Shown here piece after piece: positions 10,460 to 24,575 of a stretch of 64,000 nt of DNA. Origin of the DNA: Lytechinus pictus (lineage: Eukaryota); the NCBI RefSeq assembly GCF_037042905.1, contig NC_087245.1, positions 27,096,001 to 27,160,000 on the forward strand. The letters are read 5' to 3'. The position numbers and the translations under genes are program-made. The notes below the pieces were generated by a model. The model was not told the DNA's origin, did no database searches, and saw only the letters and a program-made list of their open reading frames with translations. The stretch's first letter is position 1. The number at the start of each line of letters is the position of its first letter.

Positions 10460-12300
10460 GAATGAAATGAGTAATCCAGGCTGAAAATATGATTTGATAA
10501 GATTTAACATTCTAAAGTTGAATGTATTATTTTGATGGAACAGTTAGCAAGCTGATATCCCCACGTATTGTGAAAAAAAATTGGATTGACTACTGATTTA
10601 ATGTGTAAGACAATCGTTGCTGCAATTTATTTGTTACAAAGAAGTCATATATATACACATTTAAAAATATTAAACAATTATGATTTCATGTAATGACATA
10701 AGAAAAAGGAAAGTGGGGATATACACAAAACATCATCTGCCCACTTATTGATGTTTATGATGACATGCATGTACAGTAACTGTTTTCACAAAATGTTGCT
10801 AAACATTAACTAGCACATCAATGATGTGGAGCTCATCCGGCATCTCGCAACAAAATTTAACACAATTTTAATTTCAGCCCAGTTGACACTGTAGTGAATG
10901 ATATTGGTGACATAAATTGAGGATATAGAATTGAAATTGATGAAGAAATGACATAGAAGCATTTTTTGTGATCTATGAATATATTTCATACAAATCAGCA
11001 TAAATAATTTTCTAGTCAAAATTTCTGAACTCTTGTGTAGCTCTCAGATGGTACAAAAATAACCAAAATCAATCAACAAATAAGTATTTTTTGTGAGTTT
11101 TGAAAATATATGAATAAATTAGCATATTAATGAGTTTCAAAATTCTGTGTTGAAATTTTGTATCACCACCTAGAGCTATCATATAAAGCAAACAAAATTG
11201 AAACTGATCAACAAATGAAGGAGAAAATTCATTTCTTGTGATTTATGAATAAATTTTGCATAAATTAGCATTAATAATTTTCTAGACAAAATTTTGTGTA
11301 CAAGTTTGGTGTTCCCCATGCAGCTCTACCAGATGGAAGAAAAAAAATTGGTCAACAAATTCAGAAGAAGCATCTTATGTGAATTTTTAAAAATATGCAT
11401 AAATTAATTTTGCATAAATTAGCATACAAATTGTTCTACTCAAAATTTCGAAATTCTGTGTAGAATTTTGGTGAAGCTCTACCAGATGGAAGCAAAAAAT
11501 TCAAAATCGGTCAACAAATTAAGAAGCATTTTTTTGTGAATTTTGAAAATTGCGCATAAATTAGCATATTTAATGAGTTTCAAAATTCTGTGTAGAAGTT
11601 TTGAATCCCCCACCAATGCTATCATAAAAAGCAAACAGAATTGAAATCAGACTTGAAATGACGAAGAAGCATTTTGAAATTCAGTCAACAAATAAAGAGG
11701 CATTTTCTGTGATTTATGAATTTCGCATAAATTAGCATAAATAATTTTCTACTCAAAATTTCAAAATTCTGTGTAGAAGTTTGGTGAACCTCATGAAGCT
11801 CTACCAGTTGGAAGAAAAAAAATCAAGATCGGTCAACAAATTCAGAAGAAGAAGCATTTTATGTGAATTTTTAAAAATATGCATTAATTTCGCACAAATT
11901 AGCATAAAAATTGTTCTACTCAAAATTCTGTGTAGAAGTTTGATGAAGCTCTACCAGATGGAAGCAAAAAGTTCAAAATCGGTCAACAAATGACTAAGAA
12001 GCATTTTTGTGAATTTTGAAAAATGCGCATAAATTAGCATATTTAATGAGTTTCAAAATTCTGTGTAGAAGTTTTGAATCCCCCACCTAGTGCTATCATA
12101 TAAAGCAAACAGAATTGAAATCGACTTGAAATGGCAAAAAAGAAGCATTTTGAAATTGTGGACGGACGCCACGGCATAAGCTCCTTTTGCCCTTCGGGCC
12201 GGATGAGCTAAAAATTCAATAACTTCTTTATTAGTCATCAGATTTTAATGAAATTTTCAGTGATTTGCTCAGTGAATTATTTTCAGCCTGGAGTACCCCT
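10460..12300. mobile_element. Older TTAA-flanked MITE interrupted by the Helentron-type element
   Basis: Inverted ends tccaggctgaaaat / attttcagcctggagtacccct|ttaa; left end degenerate. Confidence 0.6.
10808..12214 (-). mobile_element. Non-autonomous Helentron-type element (HINE/Tsp/DINE-like) with internal tandem array
   Basis: Subterminal inverted repeats agctcatccggc / gccggatgagct; terminal hairpin cacatcaatgatgtg next to a CTAGTT end; gtccgtcc motif; internal degenerate tandem units; insertion in a T/A run with no TSD. Confidence 0.8.
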
Positions 12301-13194
12301 TTAAATTCAATCATATTTTACTTATTAAGCAAAACAAAGTCAAAGATCACCACTTTCAGTACTTTCCTTTCAAGAAATTCTCTTAGAAGCAAAAAGTAAT
12401 AAAAATGGGGCACATTATCCCCACCCCCCCCCCCCCCCATTGATCCAAACCTGCAGTAGAAACTCAAATGAGGTCCTTGACAAAATACAATTGAACAGCA
12501 ATAATTTTGAATTAATTCAAGCTTTTCATTTTAAATATTAATTTAAGGGTTTATTTAAGTAAGGAACCAAAAGAAAAGGAGACCTGAATGTGACCCTGTT
12601 ATATCAAACATCTATTGGGACGTTTCAAGAATTGTACTTTTAATAAATTGATTTCTCTTCTGCTCATTTTTGCGATAGCTCTTGATAGGTACAAGACTAA
12701 ACATTTTAACCATGTCTTCACTCAACATTTTTAGATTTCATGAAGAGGGTTTTTCCCAATGGTATCCGATGCAGAAAATTTGTGTTTCCAGACATTTTCC
12801 AAATCATTTTAAAAGCGAACCATATTTCCATGGAATTAATGTGGTATCATAGGTAAATCTTGAATGCCATTAAATAAATGATTTTTTGAAAAACGCCCCT
12901 CTTCTGTTCTTGGAAAATACATGTAGATAATGAAGTCCTAATTGTCTACCATATTTTTCAAATCTATGCATCCTCTATAATTCAATGATAATTTTTGCCA
13001 TACACCTTGCCTGTCCCCTCAATTTTCTTTCATTGTGACAACACAACCTGTAAGACAATACACAGAATGAAGGACTGGAATAAATTATGATTCATATACT
13101 GTAATTATATTTATCAAAACTCTGAATATTGCAGTTTCACTTATATTAAACAAAGAGCATATCAATTTCCTCATCAAAAACAAATATGAGTTTT

Positions 13195-13599
13195 TCACGC
13201 AGTGTGCAATTCAGTTCTTATCGCTTGCAACAGATCATCTGGTTTTTGTGGAAGCTTGGTGAAGTCTATCTCTTTAAAGTCCTCATTTTCCACCATGTCC
13301 TCTAATACCTCCTGTATCCTTGACAGATCAAATACAAAATGGTTCACGCTCGAAGCGTCATCACCAATATTTGTTAGCACTGGAGTGTTTTCACTTGATT
13401 CATGAGCACATGAACCAACATTGTGATACTGTGTCCTTAGGGAATCTCCAATTGGATTATCACATCCATCTGTGTTTGATGTAGTGTTGGTAGACTTGAT
13501 TTTACTTTGACTGCATGATTGTAACCTCCTTGATGATATGATATGAAGATAGTTGAAGAACTCTGCATAGTCCATTCCAGTACTGGCTTTCATGATGAG
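13195..13599 (-). CDS. JMJD4: JMJD4 exon 6 (last coding exon)
   Basis: ctag|LIMKASTGMDYAEFFNYL...FDLSRIQEVL...TELHTA*. Confidence 0.9.
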   Translation of the reverse strand, partial: LIMKASTGMDYAEFFNYLHIISSRRLQSCSQSKIKSTNTTSNTDGCDNPIGDSLRTQYHNVGSCAHESSENTPVLTNIGDDASSVNHFVFDLSRIQEVLEDMVENEDFKEIDFTKLPQKPDDLLQAIRTELHTA

Positions 13600-14405
13600 C
13601 TAGAGTAAACAATAAATATACAAAGAAACAGGAATATAAAGGGAAGATTAAACCCTAAACGCATGCAAGTGGTTAAAGTAGGGCTTTGTTTATTGAATCT
13701 GTTATGTTAACACTAAAATTCTGTGAGATATGGGGTTAAATTCACAAAACTGGTTTAAATTATTAAATGAAATGTTGATCCTGACAATAAAACAAACTAT
13801 AACGTTGAAGGTTTGACGAGAACCCATTAATAAGAAAGTGTTTTTTTCTTAGATTTGAATTTATGACATCACATAAAGGCAGCTGTCCCACCATGGAGTA
13901 TGAATTCTATAAATTGCTATTTTTTAAAGGTTCATGATGACTGAAAATATATTTCTTATAGAATTGGGTATAAAATGAATCGTCTGATGATATAATGAAT
14001 GGAAAAAAATTCTTACTTTTCTGAGAAAATGGTCTGTTTAAATTATTTTATCACATGAACTCTTTACCAGTTGCTCGCATGTGATGTCACAAAAATAACA
14101 AATTTTGAAATCGATAACTCTGTTAATCCTTAAAATCTAAATCTTCAACAATGTGTTTGTTTCAGTATTCATTAAAACCAACTGCATGCCTAGGTGAACT
14201 TCCATAAACCTTAGAGTTTTTTTTATGTGGCAAAGGTACGCTTCATTTTAAAATTACACTTGTAATGATCCAATGATAAAAATGCATGTGTATGGTAATG
14301 GTTGTTGTCATGTTTTCAACCATGGACTATGCAGCTCTAGCTGCAAGGTGCATTCGTGTATTGAAATATCTATTGGGGGCAGTCTTATAGTTCATCCAGT
14401 GTATA

Positions 14406-15030
14406 CTGTGTGAGCCAAAAAAAAAGTTTACACATAAAATATCAGCAGTTTAATGAAAAATATGTCCAAAACACAAACTCTCATCAATATCCTGAGTTTC
14501 TTCTCCAGAATATTAATTTGTTCCCATTTTTATGTGGTAAATGTTTTATAATAGGCTTGGATAATTAAGAGGTATTCATTTCAATATGAAATTTGATTTA
14601 TGCCAAAGTAAGGCATAAATGCACTTGATGAATTAAGCTGTACATGAAGTCATAATCCTACATGTGCATGAGTTGCATTAAATGTCACTGCAAAATACCT
14701 TTTTCAATTAAATTGACATTGGAATAGATTCTTAAAGGTCTTTATTAAACAACTAGCATGTTAATTTTTAACAAAAACATTTTGCAATAAATTACACATT
14801 CACTGCATTCAAGCCTTACTTTGGCACATATCAAAATTTACATCGCAACAAAGAAAACTTCTTCGTTATCTGAGCGTAAACATATACGGTATCTACATAC
14901 AGATTGCAACTAATTATTCTGGAGAAAATACTCTTTGAGATAATACATGAGAGTTTTTTTTTTTCAGAACACTTTTTTCAATCAAATTGGTGATTTTTTA
15001 GGTTTAAAGGTTATTTTCTAACTCACTTGG
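14406..15030. mobile_element. Degenerate Tc1/mariner-type MITE
   Basis: ta|ctgtgtgagccaaaaaa left end; internal inverted match gccaaagtaaggc / gccttactttggc; decayed right end. Confidence 0.5.
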
Positions 15031-15106
15031 TATATCCACATGGAGGTATACAATTTCAAAAAAAAACATTAATTAGGCATCCCCTTGTGTCAATCATTGA
15101 ATATAC

Positions 15107-15250
15107 CTGACATTGTTCTGCCCATCCCTCCATGTCTTTGCAGTCTTCGATTGATTTCTTGACAGCCTGGAGTTCAGACTGCAAGAACCTCCATGTGATG
15201 TCAAGGTTGCAACCATTCAGCCAATTGTGATTGATAGAAATAGTATCCTC
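15107..15250 (-). CDS. JMJD4: JMJD4 exon 5
   Basis: ccag|EDTISINHNWLNGCN...DMEGWAEQCQ|gtatat. Confidence 0.94.
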
Positions 15251-15740
15251 CTGGGAAAAGAAGTGAATGAGAGAAGGAAATATGGCTGAATGATTGATGG
15301 ATGGATGTATACATTGATGGATTGACTATCTGATTAAAGGAAAAGGGATTTTCATCTAAAACTTACAATTATCACCCCTGAAACATATCCTCACATGATG
15401 AACTCTTTTTCAACCCCAATCCTAAGCCTATGGTCCAATAAAATTCCAGTTAACACAATCAATACCTAAAGTCAAAACAGGTATTTCCTGCAGGAATCCT
15501 ACAAGCCTCTTTTCTATCATAGTTGAGACTAACAGGGCTTTGAGAAATCCGCAAAATGTTGTTTTATATTGTGGGACTCCTTAAAAAGGCCTTTGCCATG
15601 TCTTTCCTGCAGCCCCATTGTTTTGCCTATAATGACAAATGAAGATTAGCAACAAGCTTGTCGGATTCCCTTGGGAAACACTTGGTCTGGCTTTTGGTCA
15701 GTTCTCTTCGGCAGTGTCTCAGGCATGGGTAAGTACTCAC

Positions 15741-16008
15741 AAGATTAAAAACTTGGTGATGCCAGCCACTAGGAACAAAGATGACCTGCCCCGCCTCCTG
15801 GATGACCTCTAAGGGCTCCCCCACCTTGTGACGGTGGGGGTATTTCTTGGGATCGTCCATTTCTGGGGAGGTGAGGTCATAAGCAAGGTTGCCCAAGGTA
15901 TCCCTGAGATTGTCTTCAGCACCAGGAGGATAGAAGAGCCATCTTTTCTTGCCACAGATGTTGGCTGACCAGCTGTAAGAGCGGAACACGTCTGCGTGGA
16001 ATGGCGTC
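15741..16008 (-). CDS. JMJD4: JMJD4 exon 4 (JmjC core)
   Basis: TPFHADVFRSYSWSANICGKKRW...FVPSGWHHQVFNL|gtgagt; contains the HxD...H iron ligands. Confidence 0.96.
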
Positions 16009-16447
16009 CTGTGTAGGAGAGATAACATCATTTAAACCAGGGGAGGCACCACTGGGGGGGGGGCACATAACCCTCCCTGCCCTCCTCTTCTGATTTTTCA
16101 AATACCAGTAGACAAAAAAAATTGAAATACATTAATTAAATCAGGGGTAGCATCACATGATGGCGGGGGCAGGCTATGAATTTTCAAATGATGAAGGAAG
16201 GGGAAAAAGAGGAGTAAAGAGGAGTAAATGGAAGGAAAAATAAGTGTAGGCCTATTGAAAAAAAGAGGGCCAAGTATATTACATGTATACTACTTCTATC
16301 ATGTTACCGAACAAGTAAAAATATAAAATTCAATCCAAAATAAGCTATACCAAGACCCTATCTTTTAAATCAATAGAAAAAATAATAATTTAGGCCACTG
16401 TCAGACTCACCTAAATCAAGAATCTGTGGAAATAAACCTAATCAACA

Positions 16448-16636
16448 GGGATTTTCACCAAGATTTAAGTATGACTTAGAGTTGCAGTTAAATGCCTAGT
16501 AGCGTGCAGTATAAAAGGCATGACCGCATCAGTCAGATCATGGCACGAGGATGCGTACTACGGCGTATTAATCAATGTACGCATCGGCATTTAAGTGCGA
16601 CCTTAAGTCATACTTAAATCTTTGTGAAACACCCCC
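16448..16636. mobile_element. Palindromic MITE, same family as 9996-10197
   Basis: gatttaagtatgactt...aagtcatacttaaatctttgtgaaacaccccc. Confidence 0.75.
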
Positions 16637-16765
16637 TGATATTTGTATGCAGCGCAGCAGCATACAAGATCAAGTTCATCCACAATCCCCCCCCCCCAAC
16701 CTGTTGACTGACAGACTGAGCCCGCATATGTGAAGGGAAGGAGTCCATGAAAAATATGTGTTATA

Positions 16766-17252
16766 CTGTGCGTCCCACAAAAAAGGACACCCGTTTTCAG
16801 AGATAGATTTCACAATTATCAAATGTTTTTTTACTATGAATTTGATACTCATGGCAAGAGTGGAATCTCATCTCGAATTTGAAACCAACAGCTAAGCAAA
16901 TCAAACACGCATGACAGATTACAAGTAACAATAAATTTTGAAGCATATCAGAAAAGATTTGCGCAGAAACTCACATGTGAATCCGAATCCACTCCCATTT
17001 TAGGTATCAGTGAGAGAAACTTGTCGCATCTCGAACCAATAATGTCCAATTTTTCTGCGCAACCTGGTTTTGACATCAAACTTTCAAACTCGTCTTGCTA
17101 ATGAATGCGTAAAGAATTTGTCTCATGTTAGGTATCAAAATAAAGAGAAATAATTGAATTGTATGATTATGTAAATAAAATATCATAAATTATTTGCCTT
17201 TGAAGAAAAAAGACATGGGAATCCCGGTTTCCTTTTTTTCTGGGACGCACTG
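16766..17252. mobile_element. Tc1/mariner-type MITE with TA TSD
   Basis: ta|CTGTGCGTCCCACAAAAAA ... TTTTTTTCTGGGACGCACTG|ta. Confidence 0.8.
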
Positions 17253-17350
17253 TAGTGAAATCATTCAGTCTCCACTCTCCAGTAGGTTAAAGCATTTTAT
17301 GTAAATAGCTTCTGCAGTGCTTACTATAAATATTAGTATAGTTTTCTTAC

Positions 17351-17485
17351 CATGAACCTTTAGGTCCCATGTAGACAAAACGATAGTCATCCCCTTGTTG
17401 GTCGTCTCTGTAATCCCAGAATTCGTTCAGCCAGTCAGATTTGAAGTAAATGGGTGTGAAATAGGCACCATAATCTGGAAATGCT
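17351..17485 (-). CDS. JMJD4: JMJD4 exon 3
   Basis: ttcag|AFPDYGAYFTPIYFKSDWLNEFWD...DDYRFVYMGPKGS(W)|gtaag. Confidence 0.94.
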
Positions 17486-17965
17486 CTGAAGGAATAGAGT
17501 CAAAACATATGGTTTACTCTTTACTTAAGGCCTCATTAAGACATGACACTAATATGAGGTGGATAGATCACAACCAAACCAATTATTTTTCTAAGGGTTT
17601 TTTTCTGTTTGTTTTATGAACCTGCTTATTGTCAAGTGAAATAACATGACATACTTCTAATAAGATATCGAAGTGTGTAGTGTTGTTTGTATCCCAAAGT
17701 TATAATTGTTATGACCTCATCCAATGTACAGGATTATACTTTTACCTTGTCCTAATGTGTGTGTAGTGAAAGCATTTTTACACTTTTAACTTAGAACTTT
17801 AAACTTTTCTTTTTCTTTTTTTCAAATAGCTTTGATAGGTCATTGTTATCCATTGTTACTTTCACTTCGGGCCAATCTTAATTCTTTAATTCTCTCTGTA
17901 TTTGTCTCTAATGGATTTTGTGAATCTTGTGAGTAATGCATAAATTAAATAAAAAATAGACATAC

Positions 17966-18131
17966 TTAGTAAAATGCCAGTCTTTGAGATAGAGGCATCC
18001 TTCTGAAGACCTATAGTCCATCTCAATATGCTTCCTCCAGTAGTTGATGTAGTCTGACATCTTATAGTCTTCCTTAGGTTGGGCATAGTATTTCTCTTTA
18101 CCACAATTAGCAACAGGAACAGTGTCATTGC
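17966..18131 (-). CDS. JMJD4: JMJD4 exon 2
   Basis: ctag|GNDTVPVANCGKEKYYAQPK...GCLYLKDWHFT|gtatg. Confidence 0.94.
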
Positions 18132-19076
18132 CTAGCAAAGAAAAGGGAGAGTGACAAATGTAGAAATTGGTTGTGATGATGATGGGGGTGAATTGGTGAT
18201 GAATTGAGGAGGAGGAAGAGGATGGATTTATAATGCTTTTACCACACCGTCACCTGTCAACAAACAATTTGCCTTTGATAGCCGAGTTGTTCTAAAATGA
18301 AAACTATTAAAGGCAAAGCCTAGGCTGGACAGGCGGTGTCTTTTCTGGGGATATATTTAACAATTTCTGACATTTCACTATCATCCCCAGATTGGTGTAT
18401 TGGTGACTGTATATAGCCATGGACCTACAACAACTATAGCCAACGTCTGCATAACAGCCAATGTACACAGACTGAAGCTTTTTGAGTTTTTGTCTAAGCC
18501 TAGGGCGAGGCTTACCTCTGCTTGATATAAACCCTAGCCAAGGCCAGGCCTAACCATGCTAGATGGGATTTGTGCCAATTTATGGATTACCGGGCATATA
18601 CAACGTATAGGCTACTCAGTTACTGTGTGTCCCGGATAGACATTTTGGAAAAGTTAACAAGCAAAGTTTCATCAATTTTTAGTATGGTAAGGTCCCCCAA
18701 GTCTGCACAGTCCCCCTTGTCTGTACACATGCATATCTGCATGCATGATTCTAGTAAAAAGATGCATATAACGACCACAAATTTTTCACAAGGAATATAT
18801 AGAATTATAGAAAGATATTCATTAAAAAATCTGACTCATAGTCATATGAATGGTAGAAAAATTAATTTCGGCATTTCATGTGACGGCCTCAAAATTCAGC
18901 CTTTCTCATCAAAATCCCACAATCATGTGTAAAGTGAATGGGTAGCAATCATTTTTTGTTCAATCTGAGAACATGACTGGCCGAGCTTTTTCCAGGAAAA
19001 TCATATATTTCTTTCAAATTTTTGTAAGATTTTGGCACATTTACTAAGTTACTGTAAGTCTGTATGGTTGGAACTA

Positions 19077-19677
19077 CCCCTTATCGACCACCTAATTTTC
19101 TAAGCATTGTATAGATCTGCTAAATTATTTATCAGTTTTACCTAGTTTTCGTCTCATTTGTACAGAAAATTGAGCAGATCAGAATCCCATGTTTCGATCG
19201 GCGACTCCGATTCAATTTGTGTATATATCGGCGAACAACGAATACGACGATTTTACATTTGCACCCTTCTTTTGAAAACGACCACCCACCATACACTATT
19301 TTACGGCCGATTATTGCCGCAGTGGTGAAATATTTTGATTCTTCCAAATCAGTGCTATGATGTCAACATGCTAAATGATCGTCTCACTACTTCCACTGCG
19401 AGCTCTGGCACATGATTCGACGATTGACGACGGATATTTGTTCTAAAGATTTCTTGGTATGAACAACTGTTTTTCGGCGGGGTTCAGGTCTAGTCAAAGT
19501 AATTTTGATAAATTTTACTAAATTTTTACCTTTTCCCCTTCTATTTCTCTCGTAAAATCGATTCTTGCCGTTCCTATGGACACTGTGCCTACTCTCTCGC
19601 GCGTATCGTTTGTAATACGCAATAATTTTAATGCGCACAAGGTGGTCGGTTTCAAAAGAGGTGGTCGATATGTGGTG
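19077..19677. mobile_element. Putative TIR element in JMJD4 intron 1
   Basis: Inverted termini tatcgaccacct / aggtggtcgata; repeated cgaccacc subterminal motifs. Confidence 0.5.
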
Positions 19678-19771
19678 GTCTCACATGACGGACAACCCAC
19701 CCCCATAATAGCCATGATAACATTCTACCACATTCACACAAACACTAAACAGGAATGACTTTTTTGCTTAC

Positions 19772-19994
19772 CAAATGTTGCCTCAATATATTCAAAGTTT
19801 GGTGTACCGTCTTCTCGCACCCATTCTCGGACACTTCGCCAATTTTCTGTGGCGTGTTTGTCAAGCAAACAAGGTCTGTTCGGCAACAAAAATGACTGGA
19901 AAAACTCATTGTAGCTCAAAATCTCGTTGACAAATGCAATGTCACCAAATCCTTCTCCTTTTCTAAGAGCTTGTATGGTTTCTGACAAACCCAT
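19772..19994 (-). CDS. JMJD4: JmjC domain 2-oxoglutarate/Fe(II) oxygenase JMJD4, exon 1
   Basis: MGLSETIQ...SYNEFFQSFLLPNRPC...WVREDGTPNFEYIEATF+G|gtaag. Full model complement(join(13195..13599,15107..15250,15741..16008,17351..17485,17966..18131,19772..19994)) is 1341 nt, 446 aa, with all phases consistent. Confidence 0.9.
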
Positions 19995-20367
19995 CTTTGC
20001 CAATACTTCCTAAACAACATTGCTACCGAACATTCACGTTAGAGATTTTGCGGTACCACACTACCACTACGGTACGTGCAGTTAACCAATTGACTTGTTC
20101 AATTCTTTAAAAAATATTTACAGCAATTTTGTTTTCATCAAATCAATAATTATGAATAAGTAATACATTATAAATTTTAAAATATTTTAATTATATTTTT
20201 AAGTTATTTTAATCAGTAACATAGTTGAATTTATACATCATCACTATATATATTTTGAAAAACACGGCAATCTTGGAAAATAGGGAAATCCCCTTTCCGT
20301 GGATTCGCTCAGCGCGCGTTTAACTTATCGAATTGGATATGGGCGTGGTCGGATAACTGGGGGCTAA

Positions 20368-20581
20368 CAGTGGCGTAACGAGCCAAAAGTTTTGATGGGG
20401 CTATTATTCGTAATGCGTAAATGTTATAAAATTTCGACATTTTTTATTTATTAAAAAATCAAAATTTCAGAAAAAATATCACATTTCACCCTTCCATCTA
20501 TCCTTTTCTTCCCTTTTCTCCTCTTTGTTTTTCTTGGTCTTTAAAAATTTTTGGGGGGCAGCCCCCGTCTGTACACCACTA
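20368..20581. mobile_element. hAT-like MITE (CAGTGGCGTA end) upstream of JMJD4
   Basis: Near-perfect 8-bp TSD ggggctaa/agggctaa; related copy at 32619-32854. Confidence 0.7.
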
Positions 20582-22904
20582 AGGGCTAATGATTATAAGG
20601 GGAGTAGAAGATCATGATCATGGTAATAATGATAGTAATGATTTTATCAGATTGCATCATGACAATCGATTTTTTATTCTCGTAATTTTCATGTTTATGA
20701 TTGTTGAATTAAAGCTTTGAATAAAACTAAATGATATGTGATTGAAAAAAATGAAATTAATTGAAGGGATGCTCACTCTTACCACCTTTACATAAGGATA
20801 TTTTTTCTCTTCCACGAAGCTTGACAACCACCCCCCCCCCCCCAAAAAAAAAATGAACGCGTTTTTGTTCTTTTACGGGCACCTTCCGCACTACCCCCAT
20901 TCCCTCCGCCGATCCGTGCCTGCCCAATGTCGATGTCACTGTAATGTAGAGTAGGGTCTTTTTTCTCTCGAACTGACTCAAATTTTTTTTTTTTCCGAAG
21001 CCTATACTCAGAATAAAATTGGTCATTTTAATCACATGACTTTATTGAAAATAATATATCATAAAAATCAGGCAATAAGTACGTATAAAAAATATAAATG
21101 ATAATCTGTAATGTCTGTTTATGCTCTTTCGTGATTAGGCCTTTTGGAGAAGCGGGTATTTTTTTATTAGTATTTTTAATAATTATTGTTGTCTGCCATG
21201 TATTTCAATTTTCTCGCTGCAAACTGACAATTTTTTTCAGGTCTGGCATTTATTTTAGCTGGACAAGTACCGGGTTAAGGTACCACCCTGTAAATTGTGA
21301 TTCCTCTCAGCAAATTGAATTGAAATCTATGGGGTTTGATTTGAGTTGTACTGATTTAACACGTGAGTGAATGGGAGTCTGATTTAATAGTGTGCCTTAT
21401 AAACAGCCCGTTGCCATCTCGGTTGAAGACTGTATCCGGGAATTTTTGTTTTCGTTATCATGGCCATTGGCAGCGCCAGTGTCATATGATGGGGAGAGGG
21501 GGTAGACGACTATTTTCTCAATTGAATTACAGGGGTAACAGAGTCACATAACCTATACCTCTTTTGACATGCTGTTCAGCGGCTGTTCGTTCTTCTCTCC
21601 CCCCCCCCCTCTTTTCCAATTCAATGGATGAATTGATAAACGAATACATAAAGAAAGAAGTTAATGTATACACAATAAATAGATAATAATAAACACTAAT
21701 AATATTGAATAGCTGACTGATAATAATGAATAAAGAAATGAACAAATTTTTAATGAAGGAACACATTAATGAACAAAAAGTGAATAGTCAATGAACGAAT
21801 AAATGAATGAATCAATGACATTGATAGCTAATTTAAAAAATGATTGATTAATGAATGAAATATATGAATTTATAAATTAAAAAAATAAAATAGAGGGTTC
21901 GCGAATAAAGGGATAAGTCTATGGAATTTGAACCACGAAGTGCGATATTCAAAGCCCAAAGTGGCACTCACGTTCTTTGGGAAGGCGCTTCTATACGTTT
22001 GCCACTCTACACCCAGGTGAAGTTTATGGGTATCCAATCCGGTAAGAAAATATCCTTGAATACAAGTACAGGTATAAGATAAATAATAATATTCAGCATT
22101 TAATTGAAGCATGCAGTTCATTGTTATGAATGGATGGATAGATTAACAAAATATGAATACTTGAATGAATATACAATTCAAAGAATGAAAGAATGTACTG
22201 AATATAAACATTGATTTAATTCCGACAAATTATCATAAAGCCCTACACTCCAGCTACAGTATAAACCACTCAAGCCCAGTCATGGTTCCTATACCCCTTT
22301 TCCAGATATAAACACAAGGAGAGATAGCCTATAAAATAAGTGAATCTAAATGTTTAGAGAGATACAGGTTATTTGGTAGAAAAAGGGTCCATGGTTGCGA
22401 AGAGGAAATCATCAATAACCTTCGATATTTCACTGATACTATAAATAGGTATTATCTGAAGCCAATATGGGGCTTTCTAGTTGGTTTTTGATATGTCATC
22501 TGTCAGGGTGCACCCCTTCGTACGTGAGTTTTGTACACCAGACTGTGTTATCAACAGACACCTGTGCAGACGGTTTGTAATTATCTCAAGTAAAATGAGT
22601 TCAGATACATTTTCGTATAATATTTAGGAGGAGGCTCGAGGCACGGGTCGATTTTTCTCAAGAAAATTTCGAAGTGGTTGAGCTAGGTGTACTATAATTT
22701 TACACCCTCTTTACAATTATTTAAATCCCATGGTGCCCATGGGGACCTAAATAATGAACTGTTCTATGAAAATCCACATGAATTGTTATATATATATATA
22801 TATATACATGTATATATGTATATATTTAGTGTTCTCACCATAATACAATACACAATGGTGAAATGAATATCTATTTTATTGTTGGTAATAATGAAATCTA
22901 AAAA

Positions 22905-23190
22905 AAGGGGGAGAGACAGATGAGAGAGGCATGGGGGAGGGGGAGAAAAGGGGAGAGAAAGAGAGAGAGGAAAAAGAGGGGACGGATAATGGGGGAGGGG
23001 GAGAGAAAAAAGGAGAGAAAGTATGTGTTTGGGGGTTGCTGGACAGAGGGGGAGAGAGGGGGAGAGAGAATTTAAAAGAAGACTCGGGGGAGGGAGAGAG
23101 TTTAAAAGAAGGAGAATGGATAGATTAAAAGAAGGAGAGGAGATAGAGATTGAGCTAGAAGGAGAGCTTTAAAAGAGTAAATGGGAGGGT
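22905..23190 (+). repeat. GA-rich low-complexity tract
   Basis: GGGGAGAGA-type repeats. Confidence 0.85.
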
Positions 23191-24575
23191 GTTTGGCGGG
23201 GTGTTTGGTGTATTGTTCTTCCTCTGTCTGCTTCCCATACTGACTCACCATCCGTTAACCCGAGGAGCAACCCTCCTTCAGGTTACACTCACCGACCGAC
23301 AGCACCCAAACTCCATCTTTAGAAATCCACATGAAACAAATAATAACCACGTGCCTCTTCGCAAACATCAGTTTCCATGCACTAACAAGGTCTCCTTAGA
23401 GATGTATCCAAGCACTTGTTATCTTGCATGATCGGAATAAGTCAAGTTCGATTCTTATCTGACATTGCAGTATACCCGCCCAGCCCCCTTCTCGCTGTTG
23501 TGGTTAAAACATCTGATGCGTTTTGCCCTCTTCGAATCCTCCAACTCTCGTCAAAACTTTACGTCAAATACTGACGACTCTAATAAGCAAACGATGTTTT
23601 CTTTTCAATGAGAACATAAAAACAGTCACGAAAGCAGCTGTGGACATCTACTCCTGCTTAAAGATACAGTGGTGCTAAAAAAAGTTAGTGAACCCCACCG
23701 AACTGAAATGAACATAATATTTAAAAGCGTTCAAGTTCTGCCATGTTTTAGATATGTAACTGTGAAGTCAGGTGACAAAATATTACATTCAACAAAGCTT
23801 GTTTCTCTGGGCTCACCGGACATTTGTAGTGTTATCTTTATTCAACTTTTTAGCATCAGTATACCCATATTCTGATATTTCACTTTCTTTGATACATTCA
23901 TTTCAAGCGGGAGATATAACACCTTCGTACACACATGACACATCCGGACTCTAAGAAAAAAGGTTAAAGGAGAATGAAACTCTTGGAGCAAGTTAGCTTT
24001 TGTGAAAGCAGAAAAATCAAAGAATAAGATCAACAAAAGTTTGAGTAAAATAGGACTAGCAATAGAAGAGTTATGAGCATTTGAATGTCGAGATCACTAA
24101 TGCTATGGAGATCCGCCCATTGGCAATGCGACCAAGAACTATGATGTCACCGATGAACAACTCTCCCCTTTTGGACGCTGAAAATATACCCCAAAACATC
24201 TCTTTTTGCTCATTCTAATCATATGACAAACGATTCATCAATGATATAATGTTGTGAAACCTTTGTACTTGTCCTCTCATAAAGAGAACACCTCACCTTG
24301 TGATAGACTCTATAAAAGTGAGAATATAAGTAAAATTAGTACTAAAGTAATGAGGGAGTTGTACGTGTGTGACATCACCACTGAACTAGAAATACGTGGA
24401 ATACGTGTCCCTATTCCCAACGTACACAAAGCCGTGCGGCAACGAAGAGCATCGGGCTTCACGCTCGACTGAGCGCGCCGCCATTTTGCTAGGTCAATAC
24501 TGGCTGGTCGACAAATGCTGCGTGTAGGCAGATGGGAGAAAGGAACGCAAATAAAGTGTTCCTTGTGCTGTTTAA

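Noticed and set aside
21900..22050. tRNA gene (B-box-like sequence)
   Set aside because: No cloverleaf; followed by a SINE core motif, so it is a decayed SINE.
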